Below are positions 1 to 9,994 of a stretch of DNA of 32,000 nucleotides, piece after piece. The DNA is from Zygophlyctis sp. KS116. Lineage: Eukaryota; Fungi; Chytridiomycota. The stretch's first letter is position 1; every line of letters begins with the position of its first letter. The stretch spans positions 1 to 32,000 of the forward strand of contig BAAFSQ010000017.1 in assembly GCA_054661495.1 (NCBI GenBank), in the 5' to 3' direction. Below the pieces are notes generated by a model. The model was not told where the DNA came from. It ran no database searches and saw only the letters and a list, made by a program, of their open reading frames with translations. The translations under genes and the position numbers were made by a program.

Positions 1-28
1 AGAATTTATAAAATAAGAGAAAAATAAG

Positions 29-162
29 CTATAAATTAGTTAAATGATTGATCAGGTCAGATTGGACACTGGCTAAAGTGAATCTCTAAAATCAGAGTCG
101 TTCATTTAAAAGGAAAGAAGAGATAAAATAAAATCATCACTCCTGATCTTCAAGTTTCTTAC
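29..162 (-). other. 134-nt spliceosomal intron hosting the snoRNA
   Basis: GTAAGA donor at 162, ACTAAT branch-like motif and TAG acceptor at 31-29; flanking exonic sequence shows no usable ORF. Confidence 0.6.
50..148 (-). ncRNA. Box C/D snoRNA (intronic, target unassigned)
   Basis: Minus strand reads GATCAGG-A-GTGATGA (box C, 140-134) ... CTGA (box D, 60-57)-CCTGATC: a perfect 7-bp terminal stem with canonical kink-turn spacing and an internal CTGA as possible D'. Confidence 0.75.
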
Positions 163-287
163 TTTTTTTTTCTAAAACCCTTGACAACCCTGGATTGGAT
201 TGTTGGCGTAAAACCTATTTACAATGACAAACCCACAGCGTACATGACCACTGAGCGTCGAGTTAGGGCATGGACGCGTGTCTAAAA

Positions 288-3200
288 ATGTTGGCAAAGT
301 TTGAGACAAAGGTGAGTCAACGCTCTTTAAACCAATAGTCAAATAGAGTCAAGGGACTCTCGTTTCATCCAAAGCGCCCTTGGATTCTGGCGTCTTTGCA
401 CAATGGAGCTGTACATTTGTGGGATTATCAGTTGGGTGCGCTCATTGATAAGTTTGAAGAGCATGAAGGTCCAGTGAGAGGTGTCTCCTTTCATTCTTCT
501 CAGCCTCTTTTTGTTTCTGGAGGAGACGATTACAAAATAAAGGTTTGGAATTACAAGTCTAGAAAATGTCTTTTTACCTTGCATGGGCATATGGACTATG
601 TACGTACAGTCTACTTTCATCATGATTTACCGTGGATTATTTCTGCTTCAGATGATCAGACAATTAGAATTTGGAATTGGCAGTCTAGGTCATGTTTGGC
701 AATTATTACAGGTCATAATCACTATGTCATGAGTGCAATGTTTCATCCAAAAGAAGATTTGATTATAAGTGCAAGTTTAGATCAAAGTGTTAGAGTCTGG
801 GAATTTGGAGGTATTTATTAAAGTCTAAAGGATAGGATTGAAAAAGAAGCATTCTACGGCTGGTGGAAATAGTCTTGATGCAGGAATGATGGATCCACGT
901 TTACAAAGCATGAATGCGCAATTAAATCAAGATCCTTTTGCAAATACAGATGTTATGGTAAAGTTTGTCTTGGAAGGGCATGAAAGAGGTGTAAATTGGG
1001 CTGCTTTTCATCCAACGGCTCCATTGATTGTAAGTGGAGGGGATGATAGAGTTGTAAAGATTTGGAGAATGAATGGTATGCTCATTACTTTACTGAAATC
1101 TAAAGAATACAAGGCTTGGGCTGTTGATACTTGTAGAGGACATTATAATAATGTGTCTTGTGCTCTTTTTCATCCAAAGGCAGACTTGATTCTTTCGAAT
1201 TCTGAAGATAAAACTATAAGAATATGGGATTTAAACAAGAGAAATACTATTCAGACATTTAGGAGAGAAAATGACAGATTTTGGATGCTTGTTGCTCACC
1301 CAGAGAATAGTTTATTTGCTGCCGGTATTTTTGAAATAATTCATAAAAAGGTCATGACAATGGATTTGTGGTCTTTAAGTTGGAAAGAGAAAGACCTGCA
1401 ATGACTATTCACCAGAATCGATTGTTTTATGTAAAGGATAAAGTAATCAAGGTCTTTGATATGGATTCCGGCATTGATTCTCCTCTATTGACTTTTCGTA
1501 GGGGTACTTTAGGACAAGTGCCTCCTCCAAAATATCTTTCTTATAATCCTTCTGAAAATACTTTACTAATGACATCTGATCATGAAGGTGGAATCTACGA
1601 GACTTATCCTTTGCCATCAGATATATCCGGTGGGCCTTATGAAGCAACATTTGATCTACGTCGTGGTCCTGGGAAAAATGCATTGTATATTGCTCGAAAC
1701 AAATTTGCTGTTTTTGAAAAGGGGGCAAATGTAAAATATTTTAGAATGTACTAATCTTAAAAGGTTGTAAAAATAAAGGATAGTAACAATTCACAAATCA
1801 AAGAGTTCACCCCACCAGATGATTCACAAGAGCTTTTGTGGGCCGGTCCTCGCCTTTTTTACTTTGCTACTCCTTCTGCAGTTGTTTTGTATGATGCAGA
1901 AACAAAGTCTGTAGTTCATGAATTGCAAATGAGTGGTGCCAGATATTGTTCCTGGTCAAAAGATGGGAATTTAATAGCTCTTATTAGTCGTCACAGTATG
2001 TTTTAGTGAAATTAAATTTAAGTGGTATTTTTGGCAACTAAAAATCTGGATCAACTCGCATTTGTTCATGAAACTATGAAAATCAAAGGAGGTGTATGGG
2101 ACGATATGGGAGTGTTTTTATACTCAACATTGAATCATGTGAAGTTTGTTTTACCCAACGGCGACAATGGGACCATTAAAACACTTGACGAACCACTATA
2201 CCCTGTCCAGAGTTTAGGAAATAAGCTAATTTCTTTGAACAGGCGATCAGAAATTGTTACTATATCATTTGATCCAACCGAATATCTATTCAAATTGGCA
2301 TTAAGTATGAAGGATTATGACCGAGTTTTGCAGATAATTAGAAACTCGAATTTGGTTGGTCAGTCAATCATCAGCTACCTTGAAAAAAAGGGATATCCTG
2401 AAGTTGCCTTGCAGTTTGTTAAAGATGTAAAAACAAGGTTTGAACTCGCTTTGGAATGTGGAAATTTAGAAGTTGCATTAGAAAGTGCTAAAACGATTGA
2501 TAAAGATGCTATTTGGATTAAACTAGGAGAAGAAGCTATAAATCAAGGAAATCATATGGTGATTCACTTTAGTACTCATTTTTAGATTCTAGAAATGGTC
2601 TATCAACGCACCAAAAATTTTGATGCGTTATCCATGCTCTATTTGATGACTGGAAATATACAAAAACTGAAGAAAATGCTGAAAATTGCTGATGTTCGTG
2701 GGGATATAATGTCACATTATCATAACGCCATGCTCTTAGGAGATGTAGAAGATCAAATTCAATCCCTGAAGGGAGTAGGACAACTATCACTTGCATATCT
2801 AGCTGCTAAAACACACGGACTAGATGATGAGGCTGCTTCAATTTTAGAGGCTGTCGGCTTGGAGGAGCTTCCTCAACTTTTACCCAATAGTCAATTACTG
2901 AAAGTACCTACACCCATAAATCAGCTTCCAGATGAAAATTGGCCTTTGCTACCTGTGTCCAAGAATATCTTCGAGAGCGGACCTGGTGCCGTGACCGTAC
3001 CAATGAATTCTAAAGATAGTCCAAAGAATAATATTATTGTACCAGATGCGAATGGGGTCGACTGGGGGGATGATCTAGAGTTTAAGTCTGATAATATATC
3101 TACCAATGTGCAGTCTATTGCAGCGGCCAGTTATGAAATAGATGATGAAGATGATGAAGGATGGGGGCTTGATGATGATCTGGACATCCCGGCCATCAGC

Positions 3201-4259
3201 CCAGTTTCGAATGGAAATATTACAGCATCTTCCACTAATGGGGGATTTGTCAAGATTCCTAGTAATGGAGTCTCTCTTACAGATCATTGGGTGAGAAATT
3301 CCGGCCTTGCAGTAGATCATTGTGCTGCTGGCTCGTTTGAATCCGCTATGCAGGTATACATTACATGACTAATTCTTTTAGCTATTGAATCGTCAAGTCG
3401 GTATTTCCAACTTTGCCCCTTTAAAGGAATATTTCCTAATGATATGGATGGCATGTAGAGCTACTGTACCAACTATTCAATCTGTGTCATCCCTGTACGT
3501 CCCAATTCAGCGTGTTTCAGAAAAAAACGACGCTTTGCCTCTAGTCCCCTTCAACTTTGCCGCATTGGAAAGCAAACGCCGGGAAGCGTACGAATTTACT
3601 ACTAAGGGTAAATTTCTAGATGCGTTATCTTCTTTCCGAGAATTATTATATCTTATTCTATTCACTGTGGCTGGATCTCCTGCGCAAGCTAACGAGGTAC
3701 TACCCCATGTCTTAAATATTAGATTAAGGAAATGGTACAAACTTGTCGTGAATATATACTTGGAATGCGATTGAACTTGGCTCGTAAAGACGCCAGCCCT
3801 GAATCCTTAAAAAAGGGTCTAGAAATGGCAATTTACTTTACGCATTGTAATATGGAGTCTGTTCATTTGTCACTGGCGCTTCACTCAGCCATGAAAACTA
3901 TGCATAAAGCCAAAAATTTTGCTACAGCTTACCTTTTAGCGGGCCGTCTCTTGGAACTTAATCCTCCTCCCCAAATAGCGCAAACTGTAAACTTTTGTTA
4001 ATTAACTATAAATTAGGCAAAGAAAATACAAATTCATTGTGAAAAAGCTAGCGTAGACGAGGTTCCTATGGATTATGACCCATACAATCCTTTTGTAACC
4101 TGTGGAGGGTCTCTTACTCCAATTTACCGTGGTTCTCCTAGTATTTCATGCCCATTTTGCGGTACCCTCTATCTCCCTGAATACAAATCTTCTATTTGTA
4201 TAAGTTGTGAAATTGGTCGTGTTGGGAGTTCTGGAACCGGCTTAAGAAATACTAATTGA
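288..4259 (+). CDS. COPA: Coatomer subunit alpha (alpha-COP), 11 exons
   Basis: MLAKFETK^[15 protein letters not shown] start, WD40 repeats, coatomer WDAD region, C-terminal YDPYNPF..CPFCG. Introns 312-338, 811-835, 1076-1105, 1325-1350, 1731-1763, 1996-2022, 2559-2585, 3354-3381, 3697-3722, 3987-4016 restore one frame. Confidence 0.97.
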
Positions 4260-4267
4260 TTTTATTA

Positions 4268-4867
4268 TTAATCAGAATCAAAAAGTTGGTCTTGATCATT
4301 ATTCTTTTTCTGAGTCAATACTACAGGAATGTTAGAGACACCAGGAAGTGCAAATGAAGATCTATCAGTCGGTGAAAATGGCGGAGGTACGGCAGATACT
4401 GGAGTTGATTGAGTAGAATTCATTCTCTCTCTTGCTCTAGCAAACAACTCTTCTTGTGACTTTAGTAATTCTTCAGTTGATAGCCCAGAATTCTCCAACC
4501 TAAAAGGCTTCCTTGCCGTTTCCTTTGTAGTTTTCTGAAAGAGTTCAGACTCTTGAGATACCGCCGTTACAAATCCTTCAAATCCAAGAGACTTTAGCGC
4601 CCCAATAACATGATCACTCAATATTGTCTTCTTTTTTTCCTGTTCACAAACAACATTGGCTTCGGACGAGAGTAAATGCACAAATTCAAGACTAAATTCC
4701 CCAATCATATCCTTTGCTTCCTTTGCCATTGTAACTCCGGTCGGTAAAAATGAAGATATCAGTTTATTCAGAGTAGCTAGCATAAGTATTTGTAATTTAC
4801 CTTTTGGAAGCACAGGTTCTTCATCATTAGCAGTAGATTTATAGTTTATGTCTTGATCGGAATCCAT
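4268..4867 (-). CDS. NCB2: Negative cofactor 2 beta subunit (Dr1), histone fold
   Basis: LPK^ATLNKLI ... EFVHLLSSEANVVCEQEKKKTI..HVIGALKSLGF ... EELLKSQEELF; in-frame 24-nt intron 4777-4800. Confidence 0.93.
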   Translation of the reverse strand: MDSDQDINYKSTANDEEPVLPKGKLQILMLATLNKLISSFLPTGVTMAKEAKDMIGEFSLEFVHLLSSEANVVCEQEKKKTILSDHVIGALKSLGFEGFVTAVSQESELFQKTTKETARKPFRLENSGLSTEELLKSQEELFARARERMNSTQSTPVSAVPPPFSPTDRSSFALPGVSNIPVVLTQKKNNDQDQLFDSD

Positions 4868-4924
4868 TGTGTTTGTATTATACAAAGGTTTTCGTCAGTC
4901 AGCGCTACACCCAACGCTAAGTGA

Positions 4925-6743
4925 ATGCTAGCGACTCTCATCAATAAATGGATCATGTATGATGGATCTGCCAATTTGGAAGGAATATTGTCAGAGATCA
5001 AGAGGATAAATGATTACTCAATCGTACTACAAGAATACATGAAACTTTATAACAAGTATAAACATGCACAAAAGAGATATTTGTTATTAAAATTGTTGGA
5101 TCATCTACTATACAGATTTAAAGGGGAAATTGGGGCTCAAGTGTCAGAGTTTTTAATGGAAATTGTTCAAGGGAATCAAGGAAAATTGGTTCCTAAAGAT
5201 TGGTCTATAAAATTAAAAGAATTTACATTTCAGAGTCTGGAGAAATGGTATAAAGATTTTCCTCAATTTAGAGCTTTTAAGATCGCGTATCAGCAGATTC
5301 TTGATCTGAATGGTGGTAATTTTAAGATTTATGATAGAAAGGAGATAGATCTAGGATTTATTTTCCAAAAGAGGAAATTCCAAAGAAATTGATGCAGGTG
5401 TATGAATCTTCTTTTCAGGCAATAAGTACAAATTTCTACAAGGAAAAGGAGGAATTGGATGAAATTCAACAAAAATTAGAAACTAGTATTGAGTTATTGT
5501 TGGAGACTCAAAATTTATTTGATAAAAAAATTCTTGTTAAAGAGAGCAAGTCTGGAAATTCTAGTCTAGGATTACCAATGAAAAATGATATTTATAGATA
5601 TGGACTTGGCTCATCTTCATATAATTTAAATCTTTCGATTGATGTAAAGGCACTAGTACTAAGTGAAATTGAGGATAATTCTGTATTGTTTTTAGAAATT
5701 AGGGAAGGTTGCAAATGTAAAGAATTTATTAGAAATTTATAAAAGTTAGTGATTGAAAAGAAATATTTGCCAAATTTGATTAAATGGACAAGGAAAATTG
5801 CAAAAATACAAATGAATGCAAATCATCAAGAGTTTTTGAAGAAATTGATAGATTCAAAAAACTGTTTAGATCAAATATTACTAAATGTAAGGAATTTAGG
5901 GATTTCTTGGGATGCTCCAAGAGCTGTAATACCTCTTGAAACAGTTGAATCAGAGGAGGATGAAGAATTTATGATGGTTTCAAACGAAAATCAGGAACGA
6001 GACGCGGATACTGAGGTGATTCAAGATTTTGAAAATTATCAATCCAGTCAAAAAGTATCAGACTCATTAAAAGACTCCTCTTTTGATGATGAACGTGTAA
6101 ATTCAGAGAAAAGTGATGCCGCAACACTCCAGAATGATCTTAGAATGTCAAACGAAAAAGCAAGTAAGACTGTGATTTACTTATTGTTCTAGGACTTTTT
6201 GAAAAGGCTCCCGTTGTTGAATATGGCGAGGATCTAGAATACTGGGATAAAGTAGAGGTTCCATTTAGTACTTCAGGTCTTGAATTTCAACACAGGTTTT
6301 TAGGAGAGGGACCAAGCGATCGTATGCTCTCAAAAGAAACAGTGCAAAAATTAAAGATGAGAACAGTTGCTCTTCCACCTCTAGATCAACCTAGTACCTC
6401 AAGGCCATGTAATGCGCCTATTAAAAATGGTAAACTTTGCCAGAGAAGAGATCTTGAAAAATGTCCGATTCATGGTGTGATTGTTGAAAGGGACTTGGAG
6501 GGAGTTCCATTAGAAGGAATAAATGTTTCCGTATCAGATACAATCCCGGAATGGCAAAAGCTAGAAGATATGGTGAACAGAGCACATCCAATGGAAAAGC
6601 GACAGTCTCAAATTGAAGCCATCAAGAAAACTTCCAAGGAGAGAATCGACACAAAACTGTCCAAAAGTGAAAGAAAGAGGAGTTCATCAGAAGATTTCGA
6701 AGCAAATTTAAAATTAAGAGATCGAAAAGCATTCAAATGGTGA
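4925..6743 (+). CDS. UVSSA: UV-stimulated scaffold protein A homolog (TC-NER)
   Basis: VHS-like N-terminus, KAPVVEYGEDLEYW and C-terminal CNAP..NGKLCQRRDLEKCPIHG..VERD (DUF2043). Introns 5316-5341, 5717-5749, 6164-6192. Confidence 0.85.
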
Positions 6744-6762
6744 TCAAATTTATTATTCTCCA

Positions 6763-8736
6763 TCAATCCTTAGAAGTCGTGGCAACATCATTTGGGAGTC
6801 CTAACAATCTACAAATGGTGTTACACTTATGGGACTTGAAGAAATCAAATATTCCATGCTTTCCTCTATCAGTCCTGCCATATATGTGTTTTCGATTAGA
6901 ATCTATAGAATTATGATGTATCACGGGATCTGTAAATTCAAACTTTGGTTGCTTTGGATTACTTGTATCATAAACTCCTTGTAAATCACATACCAAGAGT
7001 TGCCTCTTGCTTTGATAATAAGAGTAATGAGAAAACGCTTGCGGCAAATCATCCGGTTTAAAAGATTCAGCCAAAACCGGATGTCCTTCTGAAGCTGATG
7101 ATCGTCTGACTAACATTACATTGTCTTTTGGATTTGAAATTTGCAAGTGCTCAAACAGTTCATTTAGATTTACAGAATATTCTCTATCTTGTCCTGCAAC
7201 AAAACCATCATTTCCATTCCATTTTTTATATTTTCCCGGATCCAGCATTTTCTCAACCAACACTCCCCTTACAAAACCATCTCCCTGCGACATTTCATAA
7301 ATTTCGCAATCCAAAAACGTGATTGTTGGAAGCTCAATTGTTGCGAATCGTGCTCTTGCTTTCAAGTCCTTATTAAAAGAATCCGCAATCGACTTTGCCT
7401 TTATCTGAGTCTTACAAAATGTCTTGTGGAAATTGATCTTTAAATTTTCATCTTCAACATATCTGCTTTCTTTCGCAACCAATTTCAAACCAGCAAATTT
7501 ATAATTACCCTTTGAAAGAAATATAGCCTCATCAAATTGAAACACAATCCGTTCAGCTCCATCCCCAAACGGAAGTTTTCGTATTACAACAGCAGAAGAT
7601 AGATTTGAAGCCAAACATTCATGAAATATCCAATCATTATCTTTTTGAGACCACCGAACTCTTGCCAAGTCATTTGTATAGAAATTCCAGCCCTCTTTTG
7701 AAAGTTTACCAACTTCCATATTATATTCTTCTTTTCCATAAATTCTTAGAGCACCTCTAGTAGATGTTAGACTTAAACTTGTTCTAGTAGCACTTAATCG
7801 TGTACTTAATGATGAGATTGCATTTCCTAGAGCCCTTGCACATAAATCTGATTTCTGAAATATTCCAATACAACCAGGAAGATTAAACAATTTTGGAGCA
7901 TTAGCCATTGATTCTAAAACAGAAAAATCCGTATTTTGAGCAAACCCAATAGTTCCTAGAGTCAGTCTTGATCCAAAACTTTCATATAATCCCTGAACCC
8001 GTCTAAGAACAGCCATATTAATATCTATATGACCTTGATCACTTGGTTTTCCATCCGATAAAAATAACAATAAGAGAGCACAATTCTTATTTGCTTTATC
8101 CTTGTTTAGTACCTTTTCCGCCATCAAGAGACTTGGAATATAATTTCCATGAGAGTAAGCACGATTCGTATGCCTTAAATCTAATATTTTGTTGAATAAA
8201 ACATTAGTAATTGGTTCTCTATAAAGTAAAATATTCCCTTCATCTCTCATTTCAATTAAAGAAAGAACATCTGTGCCTCTTATCTGACCAGAATCCATTT
8301 GAGCCCCAACAAAATCCAATGCAATTGTCCCATAAACTGCATCTATTCTAGATTTATAATGATCGACATCACTAGTCCTCATCGAACCACTATGATCAAT
8401 CACAAGAACTGTATGAGAAGTACAAAGAGCCGGTTCCTTGTGCAACTTTTTCTGTAACAAATCATGACTGGCAACATCATCAGATCCCAATTGAATCTTT
8501 TGAATTTCTAGCGGCAAAACATAACAAGTAATTTCCTTTTTACAAGAAGCATCTGTAATATAAACGATATTAGCAAAAGTAAATTTCCATCTTGGCTCAC
8601 CAGTTCTTGGATCGGGATGAGCTCTCGTTTTCTCTCCATATTGTACTGCAGCTAATAAATCCTTTTTCCCTATTTGACGTTGAGCTCTTCTATCTCTTCC
8701 ATGCACACTAGAGATCAGCGTCCCTTGCAATTGCAT
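6763..8736 (-). CDS. vWA-domain alpha-kinase (eEF2K/MHCK family) with N-terminal DUF4258-like domain; intronless
   Basis: vWA MIDAS VIDHSGSM and LFLSDG; alpha-kinase motifs PFGDGAERIVF, VAKE, KKWNGNDG, PQAFSHYSY, LLVCDLQGV, FTDPVIH, YGRTDRG..G..FF..HKCNTIC. ATG at 8736 (ORF track starts at upstream GTG). Confidence 0.9.
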   Translation of the reverse strand: MQLQGTLISSVHGRDRRAQRQIGKKDLLAAVQYGEKTRAHPDPRTGEPRWKFTFANIVYITDASCKKEITCYVLPLEIQKIQLGSDDVASHDLLQKKLHKEPALCTSHTVLVIDHSGSMRTSDVDHYKSRIDAVYGTIALDFVGAQMDSGQIRGTDVLSLIEMRDEGNILLYREPITNVLFNKILDLRHTNRAYSHGNYIPSLLMAEKVLNKDKANKNCALLLLFLSDGKPSDQGHIDINMAVLRRVQGLYESFGSRLTLGTIGFAQNTDFSVLESMANAPKLFNLPGCIGIFQKSDLCARALGNAISSLSTRLSATRTSLSLTSTRGALRIYGKEEYNMEVGKLSKEGWNFYTNDLARVRWSQKDNDWIFHECLASNLSSAVVIRKLPFGDGAERIVFQFDEAIFLSKGNYKFAGLKLVAKESRYVEDENLKINFHKTFCKTQIKAKSIADSFNKDLKARARFATIELPTITFLDCEIYEMSQGDGFVRGVLVEKMLDPGKYKKWNGNDGFVAGQDREYSVNLNELFEHLQISNPKDNVMLVRRSSASEGHPVLAESFKPDDLPQAFSHYSYYQSKRQLLVCDLQGVYDTSNPKQPKFEFTDPVIHHNSIDSNRKHIYGRTDRGKHGIFDFFKSHKCNTICRLLGLPNDVATTSKD

Positions 8737-8814
8737 CACAGTGACAATCCCAAGAGAAATTTCAAGTCAAGGACAATAAAAGGCCTTTTACTCACTAAAA
8801 TATCTGTAAAACTC

Positions 8815-9532
8815 TTAATTTATTCTTGTAAATGCATTCTTTAGTCTCCATATATCTCTAGAAAAACTAACCAACTGCTTACCATCTGCATCTGTCCCAC
8901 TATAAGCAACAAAAACCTAAAATTTACAATATAAAATACATACTGTAATATTTGCATTACATCTATTTGTAGTATCACATTGATAACCACAAATTTCATC
9001 AATTGTTAATGATGTAACATCACCAATACAAGTTGTCGGAGCCCAATCAAATTTAGTAATTACACCTATAATTATTTTTAGAGAAATATACCTTTATCAA
9101 CATTAATTAATAGAGTCCGATTAAAAACCACAAAATTTCCACGATTATTGTCTCTATCCTTGAATTTCTTTAAGCTAGTTTTTTTAATTCCAGATGAAGC
9201 CTTGAAACTAGTCACCATTTGAACTTGAGTATATTCATCATCACTCTTTGTCAATAGTCCAGTTGCTATAGTCGCGTTAAATCAATGTAATTACAACCAG
9301 GAATTACCAATTGAGCATAATTATCAACTTCTACAGAGAATGCAGTCACAAATTTACTAGAGTTTTTTGTATTAGTTACCATCATGTAAATCAATTGTTC
9401 TTCTGATTTTCTAATTAATACAGATTTTGAAATATTTGGTAGAGCATACGACGTAGAAGGAGAAATTACTTTAAAATCATCAGACTTGATCATTGAGATA
9501 ATCATTAAAATCAAGATGTAGTATTTAATCAT
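8815..9532 (-). CDS. Uncharacterised secreted protein, 4 exons
   Basis: Hydrophobic signal-like N-terminus MIKYYILILMIISMIKS; introns 9266-9294, 9066-9091, 8917-8943 give a continuous ORF ending ...CNANITVFVAYSGTDADGKQLVSFSRDIWRLKNAFTRIN*. Confidence 0.75.
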
Positions 9533-9533
9533 T

Positions 9534-9898
9534 TTATTGTTTAATTTCAGAAAGAAATAATTCCGTAGATTTTAGAAATTCCTGCAACTTTGAATTTAGT
9601 ACTTCTACTTTATTAGATTAGAGAAATTACCTTGATGTCTCAAAGACTCTTGAATTTTTCCAACTTTATTTTCCAATTCAAATCCAATATTTTCCAATTT
9701 TTTATTTAAAATACTAGTAGAAATATCTTGAATTTCCTTTAAAATATCTTGAATTCTAGAAAATATAGAGGCTTGAGCGTTTATATTCTCATTTTGGAAC
9801 TCAAAAAACAAGTTTTCAATCTTTTCAATTTGGAAATTCTCATGCAACTCATTCAACTCATTCAGGGATTTATTAAAGATTTGTGTAGAATCAGTCAT
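9534..9898 (-). CDS. Small coiled-coil protein of unknown function
   Basis: 97-aa ORF extended by intron 9605-9630 to ...EVLNSKLQEFLKSTELFLSEIKQ*; heptad-like helical composition. Confidence 0.6.
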
Positions 9899-9994
9899 TT
9901 TTCTTAAATTTTCTTAAGCTTTTAATTTTAATATAAGATGTAAGTATGATGAGGATCAGGAGGATCAGGAGTTCAGGAGATCAGAAAAGTAAAA

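Noticed and set aside
149-240. The snoRNA might be the 3' domain of U3
   Set aside because: No box A/A' (GAUCAUUUCU-like) upstream, and the unit is bounded by splice signals.
288-4259. Fragmented ORFs suggesting pseudogenes, frameshifting or stop-codon reassignment
   Set aside because: Each break is resolved by a short GT-AG intron; TAA, TAG and TGA all terminate conserved proteins at expected positions.
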